Shown: positions 18,257 to 27,953 of the stretch, in pieces | Layout: every line of letters starts with the position of its first letter | Numbering within the stretch: the stretch's first letter is position 1 | IMG/VR virus record: IMGVR_UViG_3300037420_001136 | Span: 27,891 to 91,890 of that record | Length of the DNA: 64,000 nucleotides | From: a virus | Strand: one strand, 5' to 3' | Program-made: the position numbers and the translations under genes | The notes under the pieces: model-generated | The model's database searches: none | Seen by the model: the letters and a program-made list of their open reading frames with translations, nothing else | What the model was told of the DNA's origin: nothing

Positions 18257-18984
18257 TCGTAGTTACGGGCGCGGCCCAGATTCACCCAGCCCTCGTCTTC
18301 CCAGAAGTCGATGAAGGGTGCGTAGATCGAGGATGCGAACGCAGCTTCGTCGTTATCCTCATTCATCTGATTGTGCGCCGCGTCGATGTCGACCGCGATT
18401 CCCCATGCGTGCATGGAGAGAGTTGAGCTCCCCGTCGTCGCACGATAGTTGTAGCAGCCGGAGAAGATGTCCAGATTCAGCTTGCGGATCTGTGTCAGCC
18501 CGTAGTGATCGAGTGTTCGGCCAAAGATGCGCTTCAGAGAGGCCTCGACCTTCGCGTGCGCCTGAAAGGCAGTGACCTTGATCCTACGATCGTAGTCACC
18601 GTACATCATGTACGGAAGCTCGACCATCGTCTGGTTCGTGCCGGGAGCTCCGAAGATGCTGTTTCTCGCACGAACTTCCGTCTGACGAGGCCAGAAGTTC
18701 GTCACGTCGCGAAGTTGAACAGTGCTGTAGATGTAGAGAGCGTCGCTGGTCTTGGAGCCGTACAGACCGTCGATCACGAGACCAGCGTCGTTGACTTTGT
18801 TGAGAAAGAGCTGATTGAGAGCCACGAAGACTCGTGAGTTCGACCAATAGGTCGCGTTTACTCCGGCTTGCTTCAGCGCGGCTCGCGAAGCGGCGTAGCT
18901 CTTCGGACCGAAGATGCCGTCAATGTTTCCGGTGTAGAAACCTTCGGTCTTGAGGAAGGTTTGCAGAGTCTTGTTATCGATCAC
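18226..18984 (-). CDS. Modular endolysin: peptidoglycan-binding repeats + M15 Zn peptidase
   Basis: LQ..L...GFYTGNIDGIFGPKS and IDGLYGSKT PG-binding repeats; SMHAWGIAVDID and DWMHFQ catalytic motifs. Confidence 0.9.
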   Translation of the reverse strand: MIDNKTLQTFLKTEGFYTGNIDGIFGPKSYAASRAALKQAGVNATYWSNSRVFVALNQLFLNKVNDAGLVIDGLYGSKTSDALYIYSTVQLRDVTNFWPRQTEVRARNSIFGAPGTNQTMVELPYMMYGDYDRRIKVTAFQAHAKVEASLKRIFGRTLDHYGLTQIRKLNLDIFSGCYNYRATTGSSTLSMHAWGIAVDIDAAHNQMNEDNDEAAFASSIYAPFIDFWEDEGWVNLGRARNYDWMHFQAARL

Positions 18985-19008
18985 CGACTGTCTCCTGCAG
19001 AGCCCTCA

Positions 19009-19037
19009 CAGCTAGCAGGAGACAGTTCAGTTGACAA
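19009..19037 (-). promoter_or_regulatory. sigma70-like promoter with spacer GA (endolysin operon)
   Basis: TTGTCA-actGA(17)-TAGCTG. Confidence 0.55.
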
Positions 19038-19043
19038 TAGAGC

Positions 19044-19370
19044 TTAGCGCGACCACCACGGCTGATTTTGCCAGTAGACCGCGTTGGAGACGTCTACGAA
19101 CTCCAACTCGTCGTCGTTCAGGCCATCCTCACCCGCCATCGGCAGATGAATTCGCTCGCAGTTAGCGATGCTGAAGAACATCTCCTCGCTGAGCTCGACG
19201 ATGGAGAGGGGCTTCATGATCTCGCGATGCTCTGGTGCCAGATCATTCAAAACTAGAAGTCCCTCCTTCTTGGCCTCCTCCGGCGTCTTGGCCTCGATGG
19301 CCTCGGGTACAGAGATCAACTTCCGCTGGCCGAGCTCTGGATCAGCGTGGGCAAAAATCGCAGCATACAT
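19044..19370 (-). CDS. Hypothetical protein
   Basis: AAGGA RBS; 108-aa ORF. Confidence 0.6.
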   Translation of the reverse strand: MYAAIFAHADPELGQRKLISVPEAIEAKTPEEAKKEGLLVLNDLAPEHREIMKPLSIVELSEEMFFSIANCERIHLPMAGEDGLNDDELEFVDVSNAVYWQNQPWWSR

Positions 19371-19402
19371 ACTCGTACTTCCTTTGCTTGCTTTGGACTA
19401 AC

Positions 19403-19711
19403 TTACTTGTCGCGCCACACGACGACGTCGCCCTGCACGAACGCTTTGCCCTCCGACTCGTCGTCCTTCTCCATGACGGCGGCGGTGAACTCCATACGAT
19501 CTTCATCAGGCTTACGGTTTCTGCGTGCGTACTCCCGAGCCGACTTGTAGACGCGCTCGCGGAACTTGTCCGCCGTCTCGCCCTCGCGCATCTCGCTGTA
19601 GGGCACGACGAAGCTGTCGCCGACCTGCATGTCAGCAAACGGGTACTTGGAGTCGCCCGCACGCTTGGCCGGAAGATTGTCCGGCTTGGGGATCTTGGTA
19701 ATCTTAAACAC
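19403..19711 (-). CDS. Small putative DNA-binding phage protein
   Basis: KYPFADMQVGDSFVVP motif common in phage proteins; AAGGAG RBS before GTG. Confidence 0.65.
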   Translation of the reverse strand: MFKITKIPKPDNLPAKRAGDSKYPFADMQVGDSFVVPYSEMREGETADKFRERVYKSAREYARRNRKPDEDRMEFTAAVMEKDDESEGKAFVQGDVVVWRDK

Positions 19712-19757
19712 TGCCTTGCTCCTTGCTATTGTAGAAAACGCCTTGGGCGCTTTGGCC

Positions 19758-19786
19758 CTTATGGCACCTTGGCGCTCCGGACGCAA
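19758..19786 (-). promoter_or_regulatory. sigma70-like promoter with spacer GA
   Basis: TTGCGT-ccgGA(17)-CATAAG. Confidence 0.6.
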
Positions 19787-19805
19787 CTCATTTGCACCTG
19801 TGCGC

Positions 19806-19834
19806 TTGCATCTTGGCCTAACTTGCGCTAGGGT
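19806..19834 (+). promoter_or_regulatory. sigma70-like promoter without spacer GA (primase)
   Basis: TTGCAT-17-TAGGGT. Confidence 0.45.
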
Positions 19835-19876
19835 TGACAGGCTGCGATTATTAGTCTGACGAGAGCCTGGAGTTCC

Positions 19877-22348
19877 ATGGCAGAGAGCCTGTTTGCCGAT
19901 TTTCTGAAGTCCTCCCTGGACGTTAAGTCCATCAACGACTTCTTTGTCCAGAACCGCAACAAGACGCAGGAAGTACTCCAGCGACTTAGACCAGAAGGTC
20001 GAGTAGACGGTGGACGATTCAAGCTAGCCTCTGTTGAGGGTGGCGCAGGCTCCAGCTTCGACTACAATCTTCAGAACGGTCACTGGGGCGACTGGGCCGC
20101 GAACGACTCGCACCACGGGCTCGTGGGCTTCGTCTGTGCGACGATGAAGTGTTCCTCGGCACAGGCGATCCAATTCCTCATTGACGAGAAGTATCTCGAT
20201 GCCAAAGAAGTCAAGAAGGTTCTCGCTGCCTCGGAAGGCGATCCTCTCGTATTTCCAATACCGGAGGACCAGCAAGACTGGGAGTTTGTTCTACAGTCAG
20301 ATCCGCTTCGAAAAGATCGCGGCATCCTTCGCGAGCACTGGACCTTTCGTGACGTTGACGGATCCCTTCTCGGGTACAAGTATCGTGTAGACTCCCGTAA
20401 TACGAATAAGGAAGTCTACACCCTCACATATCGCGGACACTCCGGCTGGGTGAAGAAGGATTGGGCTAAGAAGATCGTACCACCATACGGACTCGAGCAG
20501 CTCGGCGACGGTACCCCGACGGTTCGTATTCTCTTCGTGGAGGGCGAGAAGGCTAAGGACAAGGCGCAGGAACTCTTCGGCGAACGCTGGAAGGTTCTCT
20601 CCTACAGCGGCGTCAAGGGCAGTCACGATCTATGGCTTCCTGACGAGGCGTTCTGGCAGGACGCAGAGGTCGTCATCTGGCCAGACAACGACACACCGGG
20701 AAGAGAAGCATCTCGTCGCATTCAACTTCTTCTCCAGGGACAGAAGTTCAAACCACGCGAGATCCGTATCGTACGAGTTGAGACGATTCCAGGATTATCT
20801 CCGGGCTGGGATCTTGGCGACTACGACGACTCTACTCCAATAGATCCGGACGTAGAGCTGGAGCGCGCCGAGGCGGTAGACTCCTTTGAGCACGTATGTC
20901 GCCAGTGGGTCTACGTCGCCAAGGAAGATAAGTTCTACAATCTCGAAGATCGCGAGATTATTCTCACACCCGCCGCCTTCGATCGTTATCTCACTCGCTA
21001 CGGCGATAAGTCCGGTTCCGCCAGCAAGAAGTTTCTCTCTGACTTGGACACTCACAAGTGCGAAGATCTGGACTTTCTCCCAGGCGTCGGCACCTTCATC
21101 AAAACTCCGGCTGGTAAGGTTCTTCTCAACGAATGGTATCCCTCGGCTGTATATTCTCGCGCGACGGAACTTGCTGGAGATCTCAGCGTCTCGGACGAAG
21201 AGATCGAAGAGAAGGCGAAGTACTTCATCGCACATCTCAACCGAGTAAGTGGGAACGAAGTCGTAGAACCTGAGAAGAATGCTGACGGACTACCAATCCT
21301 AGGTACGGAGCAACGGCTTCTCAGAGACGCTCTGGCGTTCTACTTTCACAACGTAATCTCACGTCCTATGGACAAGCAGGGTTGGTTCCCTGTTCTCGTG
21401 TCGGAGCACAACGGCACCGGCAAATCGTACTTCCGACGTGTCATGGCCGCGCTTCTTGGCGGGAAGCGCGTTCAGGAGCTAACTGTCCAGGAATACGTCT
21501 CTGACTACCAAGACTGGATGGATGGGACACTCTTCTACGAGTTGGGCGAGGTTAAGAGTCACGACTCGGCTGAGGTTTACGAGCTGCTGAAGAAGAATCA
21601 CAGCTACCTTCCATTCAACGACACCGATCTTCGCGACCGCTCTCAAGGCAATCGCCACATCAACATCAAGGGCACGAAGAAAAAGCTCCAGCGTAACTTC
21701 CTCAACGGCTTCATGACTTCCAACGACTTGTTCCCGCTGGCGCTGGCGAATAGCTCCGGTCTGGAGGGCAGCGATCGTCGCCTGTTAGCTGTGAACTGCG
21801 AGCAAATCTTAACCGAGGTGGAGGCCGATCAGCTCTTCGACGAGCTTAACGAGAATGCGGCATACATCGGCGCTTGGCTGCTGAGATTTAAGTCACCCTG
21901 CCCTTGGAATCCTGGCTGGGCACCAATCACGAAGCACAAGCGGCGCATGCTCGAGAAGGATCGCGAGCGCAGTGAAAATCGTGCCGACAAGTACGAGCTC
22001 GGCAAGTTCGATGAATTCTACCATCTCGTCAGGTGGGCCATAGAAGAGAAGATTGGGTTGTTCGCGCGACGAGTTCAGACGGCAGAGGGTATTCGCGAGT
22101 TGTGCGAGGCTAGACGGGTTAAGTTCCCGTGGGACATGGGACGATTCGAGCGCATTCTAGAGAAGGCTGGTCTCTTCAAAGGCCCCGTAATCGTGGTGGA
22201 GGGCCAGATGAAGAAGACCTACTCAGCCAATCCAGAGATGGAGGGTAAGCCGGCGACTGATTGGATCAAGGCTTCCAAGGAGCCTATCAACTCCACGAAG
22301 CCTCAGCGCGGCAAGGACAAGGATAACTCAGGCGGGGGCCACTTCTAA
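19877..22348 (+). CDS. Primase-helicase (TOPRIM + C-terminal P-loop NTPase)
   Basis: FVEGEKA, IWPDNDTPG, GWDLGD TOPRIM motifs; NGTGKS Walker A. Confidence 0.85.
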   Translation: MAESLFADFLKSSLDVKSINDFFVQNRNKTQEVLQRLRPEGRVDGGRFKLASVEGGAGSSFDYNLQNGHWGDWAANDSHHGLVGFVCATMKCSSAQAIQFLIDEKYLDAKEVKKVLAASEGDPLVFPIPEDQQDWEFVLQSDPLRKDRGILREHWTFRDVDGSLLGYKYRVDSRNTNKEVYTLTYRGHSGWVKKDWAKKIVPPYGLEQLGDGTPTVRILFVEGEKAKDKAQELFGERWKVLSYSGVKGSHDLWLPDEAFWQDAEVVIWPDNDTPGREASRRIQLLLQGQKFKPREIRIVRVETIPGLSPGWDLGDYDDSTPIDPDVELERAEAVDSFEHVCRQWVYVAKEDKFYNLEDREIILTPAAFDRYLTRYGDKSGSASKKFLSDLDTHKCEDLDFLPGVGTFIKTPAGKVLLNEWYPSAVYSRATELAGDLSVSDEEIEEKAKYFIAHLNRVSGNEVVEPEKNADGLPILGTEQRLLRDALAFYFHNVISRPMDKQGWFPVLVSEHNGTGKSYFRRVMAALLGGKRVQELTVQEYVSDYQDWMDGTLFYELGEVKSHDSAEVYELLKKNHSYLPFNDTDLRDRSQGNRHINIKGTKKKLQRNFLNGFMTSNDLFPLALANSSGLEGSDRRLLAVNCEQILTEVEADQLFDELNENAAYIGAWLLRFKSPCPWNPGWAPITKHKRRMLEKDRERSENRADKYELGKFDEFYHLVRWAIEEKIGLFARRVQTAEGIRELCEARRVKFPWDMGRFERILEKAGLFKGPVIVVEGQMKKTYSANPEMEGKPATDWIKASKEPINSTKPQRGKDKDNSGGGHF

Positions 22349-22352
22349 ATCC

Positions 22353-22799
22353 TTAGGTGGTCTGGAATCTCCCTAAGAATTCTCTAAGTGACTGCTCGAT
22401 AAAGAGTTTATTAGCGTAGGAATTATAGTAACGATTACGTCCGCTAGGATGTGGAATGATCAGCACATCCTTGTGGGCGTACCCGAAGGGCTGATAACGA
22501 AAGTTCTGTGGTAGAGCCATCGCAGCATCTCGCCCGAGGACGATGAACCTAGCTTCGTTCACACAGCGAAGCTTCTCCAAGCGCTTCTTCATACGCTCGC
22601 GAACTTCGGGTGCCGTCGTGGGAGTCGTGTGGTCGTCCACCACGTTGTAGCGTATCGTCTCGTTGAGGTACTCTTCCTGAGACATTCCCAGCATCTTCAT
22701 CAGTCTCGCCGCCGCTCCCGTCGTCGTATGTGGAAACAGTGGCCGAGCTGGATCCGTGTTCGGCCCCGGACGCTCGCCGAATATGATTATCTTAGTCAT
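22353..22799 (-). CDS. Uracil-DNA glycosylase superfamily protein
   Basis: IIIFGERPG, IVLGRDA, IPHPSGRNRYYN motifs. Confidence 0.7.
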   Translation of the reverse strand: MTKIIIFGERPGPNTDPARPLFPHTTTGAAARLMKMLGMSQEEYLNETIRYNVVDDHTTPTTAPEVRERMKKRLEKLRCVNEARFIVLGRDAAMALPQNFRYQPFGYAHKDVLIIPHPSGRNRYYNSYANKLFIEQSLREFLGRFQTT

Positions 22800-22814
22800 A
22801 GTGCACAGAAACAC

Positions 22815-23156
22815 CTACAGAGTTCCCTTGATCTTTCTGAAGCGCGGCTGTGTCACAGACGAGGCTGACGGACTCACCGCACTGTTGAACTCCGTCTCGG
22901 GGCGAAGCCAGACCTGCCGTTCGTGTGGATAGCAGTGCATGTACGCGACTAAGAACTGGCCTCGTCCATTTCTCGCCTGCTGGCCGGTCTCGGCATCCAT
23001 CGCCGGTCCAAGATAGCGATAAAGTCCGCCCTTGTAGTGCTGATGCGTGGCGTCAGGCGCTAAGACTCTTAGTCGGTCGTCGCTCATTCCAACGAGCTCT
23101 GAGTGATGCACGAAACTCCTCCTGATCTGCATTGGTAGGTTCTCTCGTTGACCCAA
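22815..23156 (-). CDS. DUF1653-like protein
   Basis: HQHYKGGLYRYL...ET...V.Y...WLRP..EF. Confidence 0.7.
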   Translation of the reverse strand: MGQRENLPMQIRRSFVHHSELVGMSDDRLRVLAPDATHQHYKGGLYRYLGPAMDAETGQQARNGRGQFLVAYMHCYPHERQVWLRPETEFNSAVSPSASSVTQPRFRKIKGTL

Positions 23157-23358
23157 GTTCCGAGGTAGCTTGAGCCATGCGTCTTCCAGGCTCGTTCACC
23201 TCGAACCCATAGTACGTGTAGTAGATCCGTGCTCCGTAGCGCGTGTGCATCTTCTGCCAGGACTTCTGCATCTCCACGTAGATTTCCGCCTTCCACTCAA
23301 CGTCGAAGACGCAGTCCGGATAGTCGTTAGACATTACGACGAAGATCTTAGCCATCAA
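23053..23358 (-). CDS. Hypothetical protein
   Basis: Operon context; GGAGG RBS. Confidence 0.5.
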   Translation of the reverse strand: MMAKIFVVMSNDYPDCVFDVEWKAEIYVEMQKSWQKMHTRYGARIYYTYYGFEVNEPGRRMAQATSELGSTREPTNADQEEFRASLRARWNERRPTKSLSA

Positions 23359-23644
23359 TCATACCCTCCGGCACCTGCTCTAAGCGATAGCTGGTTCCCG
23401 CGTAGCCCACTTGCTCTTGTGTTCCTGCCCAGATCTTCGCAGCGGCGACGACGTCCTCGTCACGACCTCCCGAGATTTTAACATCGAGAGCTTTGAAGAG
23501 TACCTCGAGGCTGGGCTTCTCCGACCACCACGCCACCAGATTATTATCCGGCTGATCGTAGTTGTTGTCTACGCTGAAGAGACACCAGATGGTCTTCTCA
23601 TCAGCTGCGATGACGCGCTCGCGCTTTCTTGACTGCCTTGCCAT
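23348..23644 (-). CDS. Hypothetical protein, likely leaderless
   Basis: ATG 6 nt after the -10 box. Confidence 0.6.
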   Translation of the reverse strand: MARQSRKRERVIAADEKTIWCLFSVDNNYDQPDNNLVAWWSEKPSLEVLFKALDVKISGGRDEDVVAAAKIWAGTQEQVGYAGTSYRLEQVPEGMIDG

Positions 23645-23650
23645 ATACCT

Positions 23651-23679
23651 AGGCTAGTGCCGCGGCATTCGCACCGCAA
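23651..23679 (-). promoter_or_regulatory. sigma70-like promoter with spacer GA
   Basis: TTGCGG-tgcGA(17)-TAGCCT. Confidence 0.65.
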
Positions 23680-23682
23680 GCA

Positions 23683-24144
23683 TCATGTGCTCTGGGCGCA
23701 CACGTCCGGATGGTAGAAGAGAGGAAACTGCGTAAGTCTTACGAGCAAGATCTCGCCCATCTTGATCTCGTGCTTGAGTCTACACGGATAGCCGCACTCC
23801 CCGCATCTCCCCTCCATGGTTCCCTCGCTCGAGTGCTTGATGGAGCCGAAGTACTTCCAGGCGCTTGGACTCATGGGATGGCCCGTGACCTGAATACCGC
23901 AGGCGGGACACTTAATCTCGTTGGCGATGGTGCGAATAGGATCAGCGAAGGCTGCGAGATATCGTTCAATCGCCTCGAACCAGTCCGGATGCTGGCGGAG
24001 CTCGTCCATACCCTTCGGCCACAAATGCTCGGGCCGACAGATGGTCATCTCGTGAGCGAGGACGACTCCGTTAAAAGTCTTGACTGGATGCTCTTCTTCC
24101 CTGGACGGGATCTCGAGGTGATCAGGTATTTTTGCTTCTGTCAT
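23683..24144 (-). CDS. Zn-ribbon-containing hypothetical protein
   Basis: CPAC...CGEC. Confidence 0.6.
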   Translation of the reverse strand: MTEAKIPDHLEIPSREEEHPVKTFNGVVLAHEMTICRPEHLWPKGMDELRQHPDWFEAIERYLAAFADPIRTIANEIKCPACGIQVTGHPMSPSAWKYFGSIKHSSEGTMEGRCGECGYPCRLKHEIKMGEILLVRLTQFPLFYHPDVCAQST

Positions 24145-24580
24145 AGTATCCCGGTGGTATCTTCTGTAGGGTTATAGGGTCTCGCCCCTGCTCACGCCAG
24201 AAGTTCTGACACGTGGCTACAAATCGCGCCATGTGAAATTCTTCCTGACGAAGCTGGCACAGGAAGTTTTGAATTATCAGACACACAATGTCGTCTGAGG
24301 AGCCGATGCCAAAGCGTCTCATATAATGACGAGGAAGAGGGAAGGATCTATCCTCGAGATACCAGCTTCTCTTGAGATGATCTCCCAAGGGACGATGGAG
24401 ACTCTTCAGCGTCGACACCCCGTAGAGCTCCTTCTTCATCACGTCCGACCAAGGTGCGTGATGAAGACACCACAGAGCATTCTCGTGAGTGAGTGGGAAG
24501 GTGTGCGAGAAGTCAACGGACATTACAACCTCCGTCGCGCCCAAGTGCTCCACACTACGCTCATGAGCAGGCATTGACAA
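24122..24580 (-). CDS. Hypothetical protein
   Basis: 152-aa ORF in operon. Confidence 0.55.
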   Translation of the reverse strand: MSMPAHERSVEHLGATEVVMSVDFSHTFPLTHENALWCLHHAPWSDVMKKELYGVSTLKSLHRPLGDHLKRSWYLEDRSFPLPRHYMRRFGIGSSDDIVCLIIQNFLCQLRQEEFHMARFVATCQNFWREQGRDPITLQKIPPGYYDRSKNT

Positions 24581-24581
24581 G

Positions 24582-24866
24582 CTACTCCGACTTCTGAAAC
24601 AGCCTGCCGGTGCCGAACTGACGGGCTACCTGCACGGCCGACTTTATGCTTCTAATGAAGCGAGGCGTCGTCATTCTCTTTGTGGTCTTCTCGGCCACAG
24701 CGTTGAGATGATTCAGGGACGCAATGATGACGATCATCTGGTCACGAATGGGGAGATCTTTGGTAGCCTCGACCTGCATCTGCTGGAAGGCTATCATGAG
24801 ACGATTCGTGACGGGCTGAAGCCTCTCTAAATCCTTAGTATCACAGTCTAAAAAGAGATCAGCCAT
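24582..24866 (-). CDS. Hypothetical protein
   Basis: ORF adjoining next gene. Confidence 0.5.
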   Translation of the reverse strand: MADLFLDCDTKDLERLQPVTNRLMIAFQQMQVEATKDLPIRDQMIVIIASLNHLNAVAEKTTKRMTTPRFIRSIKSAVQVARQFGTGRLFQKSE

Positions 24867-25048
24867 GCTAGCGAGCTTGTTTGGAGCAGCTGTCGAGCTG
24901 CCGCCCGTAGGGTAGGCCAAGGGCGGGCAGTTTGGAGGGTTTCCGAAGCCCCGTAGATGCGTCTCTAAGCGCGTCGCCTAGGGCGCGGGTACCTAGGGCA
25001 GCGGCCAGCGTTGCGTAAGGGTCTACGAGCATTCTACGCGCCTCGCTT

Positions 25049-25345
25049 TTAGGCATCGATGATCTGCTGGATCCAAGGACAGTGCGGTCCATGGACGCGC
25101 AGCACTTCCTCGTTTGGACGATTCTTGAGATCTTCATACCACGACTCAGCCTCCTCGGTGAAGATCTCCTCGTGTTCGTCGGTCTCCATCAGATGGCCGG
25201 CGAAGTTGCACACCGAGCTTCGCGGGCTGGCGTACCGATCATCTTGGAATGGAGGCTCCGAGATGTGAGCGGGAACCGCGTGTCCCATATTGCTGATAGC
25301 GAACGCGGCCGACAGACGACAAAGCTTCCCGTGGGGCAGATCCAC
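25049..25345 (-). CDS. Hypothetical protein
   Basis: AGGAG RBS. Confidence 0.5.
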   Translation of the reverse strand: MDLPHGKLCRLSAAFAISNMGHAVPAHISEPPFQDDRYASPRSSVCNFAGHLMETDEHEEIFTEEAESWYEDLKNRPNEEVLRVHGPHCPWIQQIIDA

Positions 25346-25358
25346 CTGACTTCTCCTA

Positions 25359-25853
25359 CTAGACTAATGACAGACGTAAACGCTCGTACTCTTCGAGCTG
25401 GTCGTCTTGCAGCCCCATCCCGCTCTCTGTACGAATGGACTCCAGCCACTCTAGGCGACGCTGGTTGGCTACGTTCTGCGGACTGGTCTTCTCGTCGTCT
25501 CCTGTGAGGATCCAGTCCTCAAAGAAGTCGTTTAGGAACAACGAGGCCAGACCGAGGTCTGAGTTGCGATTCTCTATCGCCTTCATCTCGTGATACTCGC
25601 CGTTGCAGAAGCTATATAGCTCGCTGTCAAGATAGGCGTCTGGCCTCACGTGTGCGGGCAGTGGCTCCGACTCTGGCGCTCGTTCCGTCGCGCTGAGAGT
25701 ACCGATGGCGGCGTTGATCTTTTCCAGATGTGCGCTCCAGCGATCAGGAACTTCTCGCACAGGCTGAGGAATAGCCATCACGCCTCGAGTCTCCTCGTCG
25801 ACGCAGTTCATAGCCTTGATTATATGCGGGTGAGTCTCAGCGTTGATTATCAT
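25359..25853 (-). CDS. Hypothetical protein
   Basis: 164-aa ORF; ATGA overlap. Confidence 0.6.
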   Translation of the reverse strand: MIINAETHPHIIKAMNCVDEETRGVMAIPQPVREVPDRWSAHLEKINAAIGTLSATERAPESEPLPAHVRPDAYLDSELYSFCNGEYHEMKAIENRNSDLGLASLFLNDFFEDWILTGDDEKTSPQNVANQRRLEWLESIRTESGMGLQDDQLEEYERLRLSLV

Positions 25854-26083
25854 GCCACCTTATCCTTCGGGGAACTAAGTAGTCTCTCCATCTGCGTCTG
25901 GAGATCGCACCACCCGTGGAACGCGATGATAGCTCCATCGGGCCACCGTTCGCACTCTGCGAGAATTATGTACTTCTTGTCCTCGGACCTCCGGATATAG
26001 CTTCCCTCGTCTCGCGCCATCTCGCGACACTTACCTCGAGCCCTATCCTCCTCAGGGGTTCTCTGTCCCCGCCTCGTCCTCAT
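25850..26083 (-). CDS. Hypothetical protein
   Basis: Operon context. Confidence 0.45.
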   Translation of the reverse strand: MRTRRGQRTPEEDRARGKCREMARDEGSYIRRSEDKKYIILAECERWPDGAIIAFHGWCDLQTQMERLLSSPKDKVA

Positions 26084-26356
26084 CGTCTTCTTCTTCAGCC
26101 TGCTCGGCTAGGCGAATTCTGTCCAACTCGCTCATAGCCTTAGCAGAAGGTTCAGTCATCTTATCTCGCTGGAACCTCTCGCTCTCAGCAAGTCTCTTCG
26201 CCTCCTCGGCAGCGTCGCGATGCGTACGGAGAGGCGTGTTGCGAAGATCCCCAGCCAACCGAACGCCAGTATCCAGGCGATCAGCTCTGCGATTAGCCAC
26301 TCCGGAGGAATCCCTAGGCGCTCTTTTAGGGAGGGGTCGAGCATCCTCGGGATCCT

Positions 26357-26662
26357 TCACGACTCGCTCTCTTCCGGAGGACCCATCCCACGAAACCATC
26401 TGCTCTTCTCCGGAGTCTCGCGAAATGTACTCTCCTCGCGATATCCTGGTCGCTGATCTTCCTGCTCGCTGTAGTCGACGACCTCCATGGAGGCGATCAG
26501 ATCGACTGGAAACACGAGCTCCTTGGACTCGGCCCCTGTTGGAATTAGATCGTGCGGAAGCTCGAGACGAACGAACGATCCTTCAGCCGACCACAGCTCG
26601 ACCTCTGTCTTCAGAGGCTCCCGCGACTCGTCTCGCCAGACGATGGTAATCTTCGTAGGCAT
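26357..26662 (-). CDS. Hypothetical protein
   Basis: TGATG coupling with upstream gene. Confidence 0.55.
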   Translation of the reverse strand: MPTKITIVWRDESREPLKTEVELWSAEGSFVRLELPHDLIPTGAESKELVFPVDLIASMEVVDYSEQEDQRPGYREESTFRETPEKSRWFRGMGPPEESES

Positions 26663-27156
26663 CAGTGCCCTCGCGCCAGAAAGGCCAGAAGATCTTCCGG
26701 ACTGTCGAAGCTGAGAACGTCGCCCAGACCCGGAATGTGGGTGCGATGAACTCCTCCGCGAATCTCGTCACGATTCCGATCTGCTGCGGCCTTGTTCAGC
26801 CTCTCAATTAGGAACGGCTCCTTCGTCTGGGAGCAGCTCGTCACGAACGTCTTCGTAGGCTCGTGCGCTCCGGCCAGACAAACAGTCAGTCCCTTCAGGA
26901 CGCCTTGGATGACGGGGTCGCTGTCGTAGGAGCCGCTCAGCACAGCGTGGATCTGCATCCTGTCGGTGGGATGCTCGGGCTGGCCTTGCTCGTAGGCCGT
27001 CTGCATTATCTGCTGATGAATGTTGCCTGCCAGCACTCGAACGAAGTTCATCACTTCTTCGTTCGTCACCAGCTCCTGCATCGCTTGACGATTCGCCTTG
27101 GCCTGAGGGCTGTCTCCATGAGAGAGGCAGTTAGGATTTCCGCAACTGTGCGACAT
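26662..27156 (-). CDS. Hypothetical protein
   Basis: AAGGAG RBS; first gene after promoter. Confidence 0.65.
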   Translation of the reverse strand: MSHSCGNPNCLSHGDSPQAKANRQAMQELVTNEEVMNFVRVLAGNIHQQIMQTAYEQGQPEHPTDRMQIHAVLSGSYDSDPVIQGVLKGLTVCLAGAHEPTKTFVTSCSQTKEPFLIERLNKAAADRNRDEIRGGVHRTHIPGLGDVLSFDSPEDLLAFLARGH

Positions 27157-27185
27157 GGGAAGACTCTCCTTTACCTACAGCCTAC

Positions 27186-27214
27186 AGCATAAGGGCGCGT
27201 TGCTCCAGCCGCAA
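27186..27214 (-). promoter_or_regulatory. sigma70-like promoter with spacer GA
   Basis: TTGCGG-ctgGA(17)-TATGCT. Confidence 0.7.
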
Positions 27215-27231
27215 GGCTGGACTTGTCAAGG

Positions 27232-27804
27232 CTAGCTGGGACGAGCGTCGCTGCTGCGGCCTAGCTTCTGGAAAAGGGGAATTCGGCCTCCCTTAAGCGC
27301 TGGGCCATCCATCTCACCGCATCCACGTCCCGGAACATTCTCGTTCTCAGATCGGAAGCCGACAAAGTCCTTCCAATGACGCCAGCCGCTCCGACAGTGG
27401 AAGCCCCAGTGACGCCACACCGGTCCGGTGAAGAACAGGGTAATAACTGGTTCATCTTGCCGGACAACGAGGCGATGTGCTGCCGAAGGGCCGCGAACTC
27501 GTAGATGTCCCTCTGTGAGTGGTGCCGTCTGCTCAACTCCGCCAGCCGCGATTGTAACTTCCTGATACGCTCCTCGTACGAGCAGCGACATATTGATCCA
27601 TGGATGGTCATGGAGAGCCTCGTCCCTGTCACTCTTGATGATCTTGTGGAGATAAAGGTTGAACCACTTGTTTCGCGGGATCACCCACCATCTAATGAGG
27701 TACGGATCCTCGCGGCCACCGATGAAGAAGTCGGCCTCACGACTACTCATGACGTGATCACACCAACGCTGGATACGAGATAGCATGAAGCGAGGAATTC
27801 TCAT
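27232..27804 (-). CDS. Cupin-fold phage protein
   Basis: YL.RW...NLYLH.I..SD.D.ALHDHPW...G.Y.E...HRL...TLFFTGP..R.WGF. Confidence 0.75.
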   Translation of the reverse strand: MRIPRFMLSRIQRWCDHVMSSREADFFIGGREDPYLIRWWVIPRNKWFNLYLHKIIKSDRDEALHDHPWINMSLLVRGAYQEVTIAAGGVEQTAPLTEGHLRVRGPSAAHRLVVRQDEPVITLFFTGPVWRHWGFHCRSGWRHWKDFVGFRSENENVPGRGCGEMDGPALKGGRIPLFQKLGRSSDARPS

Positions 27805-27953
27805 TGCTATTTTCCCTTATTGAAGTCCTGCTCAGAGCGACGAACAAGCTCGCGCTCGATCATCTCTGCCGTCGCGTGCGCTCCCAACTCAATTGCTCTG
27901 TGCATCTGCTCACGGAGTTCCTCCGTCGAGCGTTCCGTTATTCCAAAGCGCAC

